From Bacteroidia bacterium (GTDB lineage: Bacteria > Bacteroidota > Bacteroidia > UBA4408), in NCBI GenBank assembly GCA_044374175.1, contig JBILPB010000001.1:13889-77888 (forward strand): a stretch of 64,000 nucleotides of DNA, in the 5' to 3' direction. The first letter of the stretch is position 1, and every line of letters starts with the position of its first letter. This document shows, one piece after another, positions 39,785 through 50,227 of this stretch. The translations under genes and the position numbers were made by a program. Below the pieces are notes generated by a model. It did not search any database. It saw only the letters and a program-made list of their open reading frames with translations, and was not told the DNA's origin.

Positions 39785-42319
39785 CTATCTTACCAAACTT
39801 ACTGTGCCTCTGCTTTGGATATCATTTAACAAAGGTTTTCCATTTTTATCTGAGGCTTCTAATTCCCAGATATACAAACCAAGTGGAGAAGCAGTTCCTT
39901 TATAAGTTCCATCCCAGCCTAAATTGATATCTTTTGTCTGAAAAATTTTTTCTCCCCAACGATTGTAGATAATTAATTGATACTCTTTTAAATCCATTCC
40001 AAAGGCAGTAAACACATCATTTAAACCATCGCCATTTGGAGTAAAGGCGCTAGGCATATAAATAGAACTACACTCTGCAGTAACTACAAGTGAATCTGTT
40101 GCTTTGCAAGTTCCATTATCAACAGTTAGGTAATAAGTAGTAGTGTTTATTGGAAATGCATTTACATCAAAAGTATTGTTATTACTCAAGCCTAAGGCTG
40201 GCTCCCATAAAGGTGTTCCATCACCTATACCATTAAGCATAACACCATTAACACAATCGCTTGTAACATCCTCTCCAGCTTCTACCATAGGTTTTGGTAA
40301 AAAAGTGATATTTACATTATTAGAAGCTGTGCATCCTCCACTGCTAACCACCATTACACCGTAATTTCCAGAGCTGGTTACTGCTATTTGTATGCCACTT
40401 TCGCTAGTTGTCCAATCAATTTGATTGAAGTTTTGCGTAGTACTTAAATACACAATATCGCCATCGCAAGGAAAAGGGTTAGCATTGTATATACTAACAG
40501 ATATACTAGCGTTAAAAGAAACGATTACTGCATTGGATGCGGCAGAACAGCCTGAAGCATTGGTTATAACCACACTGTAATCACCAGTTTGGGCAGCCAA
40601 AAAAGTATTTAAAGTGGCTCCGGCAATACTTATACCTGCATTATACCACTGGTAAGATGCAGCACCCGAAGCTACCTGCAATAAAACAGGAACGGCATTA
40701 CAAATAAGCACTGGTCCTGCAGGTGTAATCTGAGCGGTTGGTAAGGGTAAAAGATTTATAATTGTTTGTGCGGAACTAGTATTGCAACCATTTGCATTTG
40801 TTGTAGAAACAGTATAGCTGCCTGTTTCTGTAACAACTAATGTATCTGCTGTAGCTCCTGCAATAATATTATTATTTACATACCACTGATAATTTGCTAG
40901 TCCTGCTGTTGCTTGTAAAGTAAGTGATTGGCCTTGACAAAAGCTAAGCTGCCCATTGGTAGAGGCAATGGTTGGTATAGTTGCAGTGAGTAAAGTTACT
41001 GTGGTTGGTGTTGATATGGCAGAGCAGCCATTGGCGCTGGTTACCTGTAAAGTATAATCACCTGCACTGCTTACTGTAAATTGTTGATTAGTTGCACCAG
41101 CAATTGCTACACCATTGAGCAACCATTGATAATTATTGGCAGTGTTTGTACTTTCTAATATTACATTTTCGCCAGTACAAATTGTTGTTGATGACAGGGC
41201 ATTGATAACGGCTGTTACAGCTGGTGTTACATTTACCTGGATTGTATTAGAAATTCCTGAACACGAACCACTGCCAACCGAAACAGTGTAGTTGCCACTT
41301 TGCGTTACAACTAAACTAGCATTTGTTTCTCCTGGTATTGCTGCTCCATTTAACTGCCATTGGTATGTTCCAACGGTGCTAGTGCTCAATGTTACATTAT
41401 TTCCTTCGCAAAAACTTACAGGTCCGTTGGCGGTAATATTTGGTGTTGCACCTGCTCCAACTTGAATATAGCCAATTTGTGTACTTGTAAATGTACCGCA
41501 GGTATTTGTAATTTGTAAAGTTACCGTAAAGTTGCCTGAATTATTATAACAAACTGAACTTGGATTTTGTGCATTTGAGGTACCTGTTGCAGCACCCGAA
41601 AAAGTCCAAAACCAAGCCGATGGACTTCCTAAACTATTATCTGTAAAAGCAATACAATCGCCAGGGCAAACTGATGTATTTGATGCTGTAAAAGCTGGTA
41701 CTCCCAATAGGCCGTTTGTTGCACCCATAGTAATATTTGCATTACATTTTATTTGCCAAGTTGATGCTGCATCGCAAGTTCTTCCCACAGAACAGCCATC
41801 GGTTGAAGTAGGCACCAATGCAAAACCAGCATTATTTGGCTTATTAATATTTAATGGGGCGCATGCAGCTAAAGCTATTGAGGTAATGTTTATTGGAAAT
41901 TGCCCAGCTCCCCAATAAATAGCATCTTGCTGCACCCCTGCACTATTTACCAGAATTATTTGTTCATCAGCGTTTGAAAGTATGCCTATCGTATTGCCTG
42001 CTGTGCAGCCACAAGTTCCAATATTCAAATCTACTGTTCCTCCTGAACCATTGCTACCGATAATAAAATATCCATTTGCTGCTATGCTTGATCCAGCAGG
42101 GAAGGTTACGGAATAATCACCATCTGTTAGTACAAAGCAGCTTAAATCTACTGCTGTGTTGCATGTATTGTATAATTCAATCCACTCTGCGGTATTGGGC
42201 TCGCAGGCGCCATCACAAGCATTGCTGGGGTTAACCATAACTTCATTAATTAGCACGCATTGGGCATTGCTGTTAAGGGTTAAAAAAAATAAGCTAATAT
42301 TTAGCAATAAAAATTTCAT
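39785..42319 (-). CDS. Ig-like-repeat cell-surface protein with T9SS type B (gliding-motility-associated) C-terminal domain
   Basis: 844 aa with a signal peptide. At least six Ig-like repeats are present (ITANGPVSFCEGNNVTLST..., NGC motifs). The C-terminus YMPSAFTPNGDGLNDVFTAFGMDLKEYQLIIYNRWGEKIFQTKDINLGWDGTYKG is the type B sorting-domain signature. Confidence 0.8.
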   Translation of the reverse strand: MKFLLLNISLFFLTLNSNAQCVLINEVMVNPSNACDGACEPNTAEWIELYNTCNTAVDLSCFVLTDGDYSVTFPAGSSIAANGYFIIGSNGSGGTVDLNIGTCGCTAGNTIGILSNADEQIILVNSAGVQQDAIYWGAGQFPINITSIALAACAPLNINKPNNAGFALVPTSTDGCSVGRTCDAASTWQIKCNANITMGATNGLLGVPAFTASNTSVCPGDCIAFTDNSLGSPSAWFWTFSGAATGTSNAQNPSSVCYNNSGNFTVTLQITNTCGTFTSTQIGYIQVGAGATPNITANGPVSFCEGNNVTLSTSTVGTYQWQLNGAAIPGETNASLVVTQSGNYTVSVGSGSCSGISNTIQVNVTPAVTAVINALSSTTICTGENVILESTNTANNYQWLLNGVAIAGATNQQFTVSSAGDYTLQVTSANGCSAISTPTTVTLLTATIPTIASTNGQLSFCQGQSLTLQATAGLANYQWYVNNNIIAGATADTLVVTETGSYTVSTTNANGCNTSSAQTIINLLPLPTAQITPAGPVLICNAVPVLLQVASGAASYQWYNAGISIAGATLNTFLAAQTGDYSVVITNASGCSAASNAVIVSFNASISVSIYNANPFPCDGDIVYLSTTQNFNQIDWTTSESGIQIAVTSSGNYGVMVVSSGGCTASNNVNITFLPKPMVEAGEDVTSDCVNGVMLNGIGDGTPLWEPALGLSNNNTFDVNAFPINTTTYYLTVDNGTCKATDSLVVTAECSSIYMPSAFTPNGDGLNDVFTAFGMDLKEYQLIIYNRWGEKIFQTKDINLGWDGTYKGTASPLGLYIWELEASDKNGKPLLNDIQSRGTVSLVR

Positions 42320-42534
42320 TTTAAAAAATAATGTGCAAAGTTAATTCTAAAAAAATGAGTAATGTAAAGGATATGTTAATTTAGGCAAACAACTTATTAA
42401 TATAGGTAAAAAAATTATCTACATTCTATTTTTTAATAATACGTAACAACGAATATTGCCGTTTGTTTTATGCTGTTGTTAATGCTTTGATTGCATTTCA
42501 AAGTTTTATAGATAGGCCTATAAATAATAATATT

Positions 42535-43731
42535 TTATTTTCCGTTAAAGGGATTAAACTGCCTTGTATGAATGCCCATTGCCACTGCACGCCCTATTTT
42601 ATCTGCGCCAAAGCGCTGTCTCATTTTATCCATGGCTTGGTATAAACGAATAATTTCTTCGCTGTCTTCAAACAAATTAATTTGCTGGCCACCACCTACC
42701 AAATGGCTAAAACGAACGCCCACCAAGCGTATCAGCATTCTGCGTTCGTATAGTTTATCAAATAATTCTTTTACTTTAGGGATAAGTAAATGGTCGCTAG
42801 CCGTGTAGGCTACTCTGCATTGTGTAGTATGTGTATCAAAGTTGGAGTACCTTATTTTGACAGTTACACAGGCGGTTAACTTGTTGGAAGCGCGCAATTG
42901 ATAGGCTAATTTTTCGGTCATTTTAATTAATAAACTTTTAATCATAGCAACATCTATGGTATCGCTTTCAAAGGTTTCTTCGCTGCTTAAACTTTTTCTT
43001 TCGTTGTAAGGTAACACGGGCGAATCGTCTTCGCCATTGGCTTTGCGCCAAATGCTAATGCCATTTTCGCCAAAGGCTTTGGCCATGAGCTCCACAGGCA
43101 TTTGCTGTAAGGTATATACTTTTTCTACTCCCATGGTGCGTAATAGATGGTATGTTTTTTCGCCAATCATGGGTATTTTTTTTACAGATAATGGGGCCAG
43201 AAAACTTTTTTCGAACCCGAAATCTACTTTAAGCTGATTGTTGGGTTTGGCTTCATCGGTGGCAACTTTGCTTACCGTTTTGTTGGGCGACATGCCAAAT
43301 GAAATAGGCAAACCCGTTTCTTTAATAATGCGCTGCCTAAGCTCACTGGCTAATTGATAACACCCAAAAAAGCGATCCATTCCAGTAAGGTCCATGTAAA
43401 ATTCATCAATAGAAGATTTCTCGTAAAGCGGAACACTTTCTTTTACAATATCAGTAACCATGTTGCTGTATTTACTGTATTGCTCGTAATCTCCTCGCAC
43501 AACTAGCGCTTCGGGGCATAGGCGTTTAGCATTTTTCATGGGCATGGCAGAGTGAATCCCGTAAGCGCGCGCTTCGTAACTACATGCAGCCACCACACCA
43601 CGGTCGCTGCCGCCACCTACAAGCACAGGCTTGCCTTTTAAACGCGCATCCATTAAACACGATACAGATACAAAAAAACAATCCATATCCATGTGCACAA
43701 TGGTTCTGTTGAAATTAGTTGTTGAAGACAT
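42535..43731 (-). CDS. dinB: DNA polymerase IV (Y-family translesion polymerase)
   Basis: The N-terminus IVHMDMDCFFVSV (catalytic DxD) is present, the fold is UmuC/DinB-like, and the length is 398 aa. Confidence 0.9.
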   Translation of the reverse strand: MSSTTNFNRTIVHMDMDCFFVSVSCLMDARLKGKPVLVGGGSDRGVVAACSYEARAYGIHSAMPMKNAKRLCPEALVVRGDYEQYSKYSNMVTDIVKESVPLYEKSSIDEFYMDLTGMDRFFGCYQLASELRQRIIKETGLPISFGMSPNKTVSKVATDEAKPNNQLKVDFGFEKSFLAPLSVKKIPMIGEKTYHLLRTMGVEKVYTLQQMPVELMAKAFGENGISIWRKANGEDDSPVLPYNERKSLSSEETFESDTIDVAMIKSLLIKMTEKLAYQLRASNKLTACVTVKIRYSNFDTHTTQCRVAYTASDHLLIPKVKELFDKLYERRMLIRLVGVRFSHLVGGGQQINLFEDSEEIIRLYQAMDKMRQRFGADKIGRAVAMGIHTRQFNPFNGK

Positions 43732-43863
43732 AAAATGACAATTTAATAATCAATTATAATGACCTAAATATAATCATTTTTAAATAACTTATAAATTTAA
43801 AAATAAGTTTTTAACTATTCATTTTAGAGGGAATATAAGTTTCACAAAAAAGAAAATAATTTA

Positions 43864-43871
43864 TACTTTTG
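43864..43871 (+). promoter_or_regulatory. Candidate -7 element (TAnnTTTG) of a Bacteroidota promoter for the FN3-repeat gene
   Basis: The sequence tacttttg lies 45 nt upstream of the ATG at 43916. There is no convincing -33 TTG. Confidence 0.3.
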
Positions 43872-43915
43872 TTTGTCAATTTAATCAATACATTATTCAA
43901 CTTTAACGAATAAAA

Positions 43916-46900
43916 ATGAAAACAAGAATTCTATTATTACTGATCAGTTTGGGCTTGTACAGCTCAAGTTATGCGATATTAACTACACCAACACAGCTAG
44001 CTCCTGCAAACGGAGCAACAAATCAAGATGCAAATGCTATTTTGGATTGGAGCGCAGTTACAGGATCAACGGGTTACAATTATCAATATGATACTTCTCC
44101 AGCATTTAATAGCCCCAACTTCTTTAACGGAACTTTGGGAGCAACCTCGCAAGTAACTTTAGCAAATTTACAATTTAACACCACCTATTATTGGAGAGTA
44201 AGGGCCATAAAAACTACGGTACCTATAGATTCTAGTTTGTGGACTGCAGCTTTTACTTTTACAACCATTAATAATATTACTAACCTTTCACCTGCTAATG
44301 GCGCTACCAATCAAGATGCCAATACCATTTTAGACTGGACCGCATTTTCAGGCATTAGCGGCTATTTGTATCAATACGACACCTCGCCCACCTTTAATAG
44401 TGCTAATTTATTTAATGGAAGCACAGGAGCCTCCTCACAAGTAACCTTAGCTAACTTGCAGTTTAATACCACTTACTATTGGCGCGTGCGTGCTTTTCAT
44501 GCTACTGATACCAGCGCTTATGGGCCAACTTGGAGTTTTACAACGATCAACGCCATCACCAACCTTACACCTGCCAATGGTGCCACAAATCAAGATGCCA
44601 ATACCATTTTAGATTGGACCGCGTTTTCTGGTATTAGCGGATATTTGTATCAATATGATACTTCACCTACCTTTAATAGTGCTAATTTGTTTAATGGAAG
44701 TATTGGTGCAACCTCTCAAGTAACCTTAGCTAACTTGCAGTTTAATACCACTTACTATTGGCGTGTGCGTGCTTACCATGCTGCTGATACAAGCGCTTAT
44801 GGGCCAGTTTGGAGTTTTACCACCATAAACTCTATTATCAATCTTTCACCAGCCAATGGCGCTATCAATCAGGATGTAAATGCCATTTTGGATTGGACTG
44901 CGTTTTCTGGTATTAGCGGATATTTGTATCAATACGACACTTCACCCACATTCAATAGTGCTAATTTGTTTAATGGAAGCATTGGTGCAACCTCTCAAGT
45001 AACCTTAGCTAATTTACAGTTTAATACCACTTACTACTGGCGTGTACGCGCTTTTCATGCTACTGATACCAGTGCTTACGGACCAGTTTGGAGTTTTACA
45101 ACGATCAATGCCATTACCAACCTTACACCAGCCAATGGCGCCATAAATCAAGATGTCAATACTATTTTAGATTGGACTGCGTTTTCTGGTATTAGCGGAT
45201 ATTTGTATCAATACGATACCTCGCCCACATTCAATAGTGCTAATTTATTTAATGGAACCACAGGAGCCACCTCACAAGTAACCTTAGCTAACTTGCAGTT
45301 TAATACCACTTACTATTGGCGTGTGCGTGCTTTTCATGCTACTGATACTAGCGCTTATGGGCCAGTTTGGAGTTTTACCACCATTAATTTAATTACACAT
45401 CTTGCACCTGCCAATGGAAGTATTGGAACAACGCTAACGCCTATTTTAGATTGGACTGCATTTAGTGGAATTTTAGGTTATCAGTACCGCTATAGCGAAG
45501 ATTCAACATTTGCTACTGCAAACTTTGGTGTGTTGGGAGGAACTTCTCAAGTTACCTTGCCTACCTTACTTTATGGAACGCAGTATTTTTGGTCGGTAAG
45601 AGCCTTTCATGCTGCTGATACAAGCGATTGGTCAAATAAGTGGAACTTTACAACCAATTATCAAATGACAGCTGCACCATTGTTAATTGCACCTGCTATC
45701 GCAGCTACAAACATTCCCTTAAATGGCGTGCAGCTTGAAATTGGAAGTGTTGTTAATGCTACCGACTATCAGTATCAAATTTCGGGGAACAGCAATTTTA
45801 GCAACGCGTCATTATACTCGAGTCCAACACTGACTTTAGCATTAGGCACTTTAAATCCTTCAACAACATACTATTGGAGGGCCCGTGGACGCAATGCAGC
45901 TGGTAATTCTCCTTGGGCAAGTCCTTTTACATTTACAACTGTAGCTGGTGCACCGCCTGCGCCTACAAATGTAGGTCCATTGGATGCTGCCATCAACGTT
46001 GATTGGTTAGGAACCACCTTTAATTGGTCGCAAGTGGCTGGTGCCACAGGTTATGTGTTAGTTTTTGATGACAATGCCGGTTTTTCATCTCCTATCACCA
46101 TCAACACTACTGATAATTTTTACACTTCAGGTATTTTAGATCCCAACACCACTTATTATTGGCAGGCACAATCGGAGAATGGCAATGGTAGTTCTTCGTT
46201 TTCAACGGTATGGTCATTTACTACAGGACCAGTGCCGGCTCCAAGTTTATCTTTACCTTTAAATGGTGCAACAGGTATTGCTATAAACGGCACATTACTT
46301 ACTTGGTCGGCAGTGAATTCAGCCACATCATATTATGTTGAATATGCCACTAATGCTGCTTTTACAGGAGCAATGGGAACATCAGTAACACTGACTTCCT
46401 ATGCATTACCAGCGTTGATGAATAATCAAACCTACTATTGGCATGTATATGCAAATTATAATTCATTTTCTTCAGTTTATTCAAACACATTTTCATTTAC
46501 AACTGCATCATTAGCCTTATTGCAGCCTCCAGTTTTAGTTAGTCCTTCCAATTTAGCCACTGCAGTTCCAATTACTGGAACAAGTTTAACTTGGCTGGCT
46601 GCATCAGGTGCATTAAGTTATGATTGGGAAATAAGTACCGATGCTGCCTTTACCACAGTAGTAAATGGAAATACAAGTAATTTAACTACATTATTGGCTG
46701 CATTAAATAACAATACTACGTATTACTGGCATGTAAGAAGTGTTGATGCTTCAACGGTTTCTGCGTGGAGTGCAGCTTTTAGTTTCACTACTGCACAAGC
46801 TATTCCTGGTGTACCAAATAATATTTCACCTGCCGATGCATCAATTAATATTGATTGGTTAGGAACAACAATTACTTGGTCGCAAGAAGTTTATGCTACA

Positions 46901-47908
46901 GGTTATGTTTTGTTGTTAGATGACGATATTAATTTTGGCTCACCAAGCACTTTTACTACTTCTGATAACTTTTATGTAACAGGGATGCTTTTGCCAAACA
47001 CAACGTATTATTGGCAAGTGCAAGCTACCAATGGTAGTGGTAGCTCTTCATTCTCTACAGCCTGGTCTTTTACAACAGGAACTATTCCTGCTCCGGTATT
47101 AAATAACCCGATAAACAATGCTACTGGATTGGCTATTAGTGGCCTATTGTTAGAATGGCTACCAGTAATGGGTGCCACCGATTATTATATCGAATATGCT
47201 GACAACGCTGCATTTACAGGAGCTAGTGGAAATACAGTATCTTCAACAAGTTATTTATTACCCACATTAAATAATAATCAAACCTATTATTGGCATGTTT
47301 ATGCAGGCTATAATGCTTACTCTTCAAATTATTCTTCTAGTTTTATGTTTACTACCATTGGTAGCAATATACTAGCGGCACCGCAACTGATAAGTCCTTC
47401 TAACTTAGCTACTGCAGTTCCTATTGTGGGTACAAGTTTAACTTGGCAAAGTGTTTTGGATGCCTTAAGTTATGATTGGGAAATTAGTACAGATGCCTTA
47501 TTTACTACAGTTGTTAATGGAAACACAAGTAATACTAACACCTTGCTTATAGGATTGACCGACAATACTACCTACTATTGGCATGTAAGAAGTGTTAATG
47601 CTGATACAATTTCTGATTGGAGTAATACATTTAGCTTTACAACAGATTTACTTTCAGGGATTAATGATCTGTTGAATAATAAGCTCAATTGCTTTATTGG
47701 CAATCAACAAATTATTATTGTTTGTGATGTTGAGGCTGTTGGCAATCAATTCCAAGTTTATAATGGTGCGGGTCAGTTGGTATATGAAGATAGGATACTT
47801 GGTTTATGGAGCAATTATAATCTAGCGCATTTGAAAAGCGGGTTATACTTTGTTCGAATTCATAATCCTAAAGTTAGCCGAACCTTTAAAGTGATGCTTG
47901 CAGACTAG
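43916..47908 (+). CDS. FN3-like tandem-repeat secreted protein with T9SS CTD
   Basis: 1330 aa with a signal peptide. About 13 ~93-aa repeats share a conserved TTYYW motif and FTT termini. The C-terminus ...GLYFVRIHNPKVSRTFKVMLAD is CTD-like. Confidence 0.8.
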   Translation: MKTRILLLLISLGLYSSSYAILTTPTQLAPANGATNQDANAILDWSAVTGSTGYNYQYDTSPAFNSPNFFNGTLGATSQVTLANLQFNTTYYWRVRAIKTTVPIDSSLWTAAFTFTTINNITNLSPANGATNQDANTILDWTAFSGISGYLYQYDTSPTFNSANLFNGSTGASSQVTLANLQFNTTYYWRVRAFHATDTSAYGPTWSFTTINAITNLTPANGATNQDANTILDWTAFSGISGYLYQYDTSPTFNSANLFNGSIGATSQVTLANLQFNTTYYWRVRAYHAADTSAYGPVWSFTTINSIINLSPANGAINQDVNAILDWTAFSGISGYLYQYDTSPTFNSANLFNGSIGATSQVTLANLQFNTTYYWRVRAFHATDTSAYGPVWSFTTINAITNLTPANGAINQDVNTILDWTAFSGISGYLYQYDTSPTFNSANLFNGTTGATSQVTLANLQFNTTYYWRVRAFHATDTSAYGPVWSFTTINLITHLAPANGSIGTTLTPILDWTAFSGILGYQYRYSEDSTFATANFGVLGGTSQVTLPTLLYGTQYFWSVRAFHAADTSDWSNKWNFTTNYQMTAAPLLIAPAIAATNIPLNGVQLEIGSVVNATDYQYQISGNSNFSNASLYSSPTLTLALGTLNPSTTYYWRARGRNAAGNSPWASPFTFTTVAGAPPAPTNVGPLDAAINVDWLGTTFNWSQVAGATGYVLVFDDNAGFSSPITINTTDNFYTSGILDPNTTYYWQAQSENGNGSSSFSTVWSFTTGPVPAPSLSLPLNGATGIAINGTLLTWSAVNSATSYYVEYATNAAFTGAMGTSVTLTSYALPALMNNQTYYWHVYANYNSFSSVYSNTFSFTTASLALLQPPVLVSPSNLATAVPITGTSLTWLAASGALSYDWEISTDAAFTTVVNGNTSNLTTLLAALNNNTTYYWHVRSVDASTVSAWSAAFSFTTAQAIPGVPNNISPADASINIDWLGTTITWSQEVYATGYVLLLDDDINFGSPSTFTTSDNFYVTGMLLPNTTYYWQVQATNGSGSSSFSTAWSFTTGTIPAPVLNNPINNATGLAISGLLLEWLPVMGATDYYIEYADNAAFTGASGNTVSSTSYLLPTLNNNQTYYWHVYAGYNAYSSNYSSSFMFTTIGSNILAAPQLISPSNLATAVPIVGTSLTWQSVLDALSYDWEISTDALFTTVVNGNTSNTNTLLIGLTDNTTYYWHVRSVNADTISDWSNTFSFTTDLLSGINDLLNNKLNCFIGNQQIIIVCDVEAVGNQFQVYNGAGQLVYEDRILGLWSNYNLAHLKSGLYFVRIHNPKVSRTFKVMLAD
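43991..45664 (+). repeat. 279-bp tandem repeats inside the FN3-repeat gene; copies starting at 44270, 44549, 44828 and 45107 are near-identical at DNA level
   Basis: Copies 2-5 encode N[IA]ITNL[ST]PANGA[TI]NQD[AV]NTILDWTAFSGISGYLYQYDTSPTFNSANLFNGS.GA.SQVTLANLQFNTTYYWRVRAFHATDTSAYGP.WSFTTI with only a few substitutions. Copies 1 and 6 are more diverged. Further on, a supra-repeat (three FN3-type units A-B-C) is itself duplicated. Confidence 0.85.
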
Positions 47909-48689
47909 TGATTGTTAGCGTTACTTTTTAAAAGATTATAATTCTATATCCCCCAATTCGGGTTTACTTTATAGTTATTTCATTAGATTAATTGTCTTAT
48001 TGGTCATTTGAACGATTTCGATTGGAGTAATAAAATACTAAAGGTCAATTTATAAGTCCAATGACCTATAAATTAATGCCATTATTTGCCTGTGAAATAC
48101 CCATTGGGTCTTTTGTATAGCCTATCATTAAGGTAAATAATTTGATCTAATGAAGTATGCTTTACTTTAACTGCCTGATGAGTTGGAAAACAAGTTATAC
48201 TGTGAGAAATATATTTTTTATCTGATTCTTTTTTGTCCAAATCATTTTTAACATCAAAAACTAAATTTTGGTTAGGCAATCTATTTCCAATTGGTTTCAT
48301 TGGTATTAGCAAAGCCCGCCTTTGCCCAAAACTGGTCTCACAAAACAAAAAGTTAAGCAACAATACTGAAAAAAATAAAATAATTTTTCATTTTAATCAG
48401 TTTTAACAACCTGTTTATCAAGCAAATATAAAAATAATTTAAAATAAATGAAATTAATTATGAAAAAAATATGTTTAATGCATCTAAAGCGTAAATCAAT
48501 GTCATAACAATATGTTAATGTACCCAACAATAAACCAAAAAAAGTTAATTGATGCACATTTGAGGAATAAATTAAGGGCTCACAATAATTAAAAACCAAA
48601 TACGTTTTGTCATTTGGGAAAAGTTTTAGTAAAATTGCCCCTCTTTTAAAAAAATCAATACAAACTAAAATCAATTAATAAATTAAAAC

Positions 48690-49484
48690 ATGAGCAATCA
48701 AAATTCTTCTTCAGGCGGTTTTAAATCGTTATTTGCATCCTTGGCCATTGTTGTTGCCTTTGCAATAGGTGTGTTAGTGTACATAGTAGTTTTAGGTGCT
48801 GCTAGTAATTTTGATGCTGAAGGGCATCCACTTCCAGGAAATTATTTAGGAATGATGTACAAAGGTGGATTTATTGTACCTATCTTGATGGGTATTTTTA
48901 TTACCATCGTTATTTTCTCTATCGAAAGAGCTTTAACCATTGCGCGTGCAAAAGGGAAAGGAAATATAGAAGGTTTTGTGAGAAATATCAAAAACTTAGT
49001 AGCTGGCAATCAATTTGATGCTGCTATTGCAGAATGCGATAAGCAACAAGGTTCTTTGGCGAATGTAGTTCGTGCAGGCATCGAAAAAATACAGTCAATA
49101 AAAGGCGAAAATATGGATAAGGAAAGCCGTGTAGCAGCTATTCAAAAAGAAATTGAAGAAGCTACAGCACTTGAGTTACCAATGCTTTCTAAAAACCTGG
49201 TTATTATTTCTACATGTGCTACTATTGCTACATTATGGGGACTAATTGGAACAGTATTAGGTATGATTCGTTCATTTGCGGCTTTATCTAATGCTGGTGC
49301 ACCTGATACAACTGCGTTGGCAACTGGTATCTCTGAGGCTTTGATTAATACAGCATTAGGTATTACTGCTTCGGTAATTGGAATCATTATGTACAATTAT
49401 TTTTCAACTAAAATTGATGCTATTACTTACAGTATGGACGAGGCTGGTTTTACCATTGTTCAATCTGTAAACATTAGTAAGTAA
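48690..49484 (+). CDS. exbB: MotA/TolQ/ExbB proton-channel protein
   Basis: There are three TM helices, and the C-terminal motif TALATGISEALINTALGI is typical of ExbB/TolQ. Confidence 0.85.
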   Translation: MSNQNSSSGGFKSLFASLAIVVAFAIGVLVYIVVLGAASNFDAEGHPLPGNYLGMMYKGGFIVPILMGIFITIVIFSIERALTIARAKGKGNIEGFVRNIKNLVAGNQFDAAIAECDKQQGSLANVVRAGIEKIQSIKGENMDKESRVAAIQKEIEEATALELPMLSKNLVIISTCATIATLWGLIGTVLGMIRSFAALSNAGAPDTTALATGISEALINTALGITASVIGIIMYNYFSTKIDAITYSMDEAGFTIVQSVNISK

Positions 49485-49528
49485 TTTAATTAAGTACTTG
49501 TTACTTAAACATTTTAAAACAAAAGAAC

Positions 49529-50185
49529 ATGCCTAAAATAAAAATGCCGAAGGCAAACCCTTCGCTAGATATGACACCCATGGTGGATTTGGCTTTCCTT
49601 TTGGTTACCTTTTTTATGCTTACAGCTTCGGTGAGGGTTTCTGAACCTGTGGTGGTGGATACACCATCATCTACTTCAGATAAATTATTGCCCGATAACG
49701 TATTACTTGTAAGTGTAGACAAGTTTGGTAAAGCATTTTTTAATATCAGTAATCCACAAGTGAGAATCAGTACGTTGGAACGTATGGGCGAACAATATAA
49801 AATTACCTTTACCGACCAAGAAAAAAAGCGCTTTGGTGCCATGACGAGTATTGGTGTTCCAATGGAAAAGCTAAAGGAGTATATTAATCTAGAAGATTCG
49901 CAAAGACAAAAAGTAAAATCGCCTGGCGTGCCTATAGACTCTACTAACAATCAATTGGGAGAGTGGATACAGTTTGGTCGCATTGAAGCAGCTAAGCAAG
50001 CGAAATTTGAAAAAGATAAAGCAGAAAGTGCAGGCCGTGAATTTAAATATGAGCCTATGCGCTTTGCAATAAAAGCAGATGGTGCTGCAAATTATATTGC
50101 TGTGCAAGATGTAATTAAAATATTTACTAAAAAAGATATCTATCGTTTTAACCTCATTACTAATCTGGAACAACCAGAAGAATAA
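49529..50185 (+). CDS. exbD: Biopolymer transport protein ExbD/TolR
   Basis: The N-terminus reads DMTPMVDLAFLLVTFFMLTAS, which carries the ExbD TM signature. Confidence 0.85.
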   Translation: MPKIKMPKANPSLDMTPMVDLAFLLVTFFMLTASVRVSEPVVVDTPSSTSDKLLPDNVLLVSVDKFGKAFFNISNPQVRISTLERMGEQYKITFTDQEKKRFGAMTSIGVPMEKLKEYINLEDSQRQKVKSPGVPIDSTNNQLGEWIQFGRIEAAKQAKFEKDKAESAGREFKYEPMRFAIKADGAANYIAVQDVIKIFTKKDIYRFNLITNLEQPEE

Positions 50186-50227
50186 GCTAAAAATGATAAG
50201 TTTAAACACATTTAAAAATATAAATAA

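Noticed and set aside
44270-45385. Considered whether the regular 279-bp tandem repeats could be a CRISPR array
   Set aside because: The repeats are contiguous with no unique spacers, keep an intact reading frame encoding FN3-like units, and no cas genes are present.
48082-48674. Two 93-aa minus-strand ORFs in the long AT-rich gap upstream of exbB
   Set aside because: There is no signal of conservation or motifs and the A/T-driven codon usage is extreme (I, K, F, L, N). I cannot exclude a small protein but there is no support. The gap is more likely regulatory.
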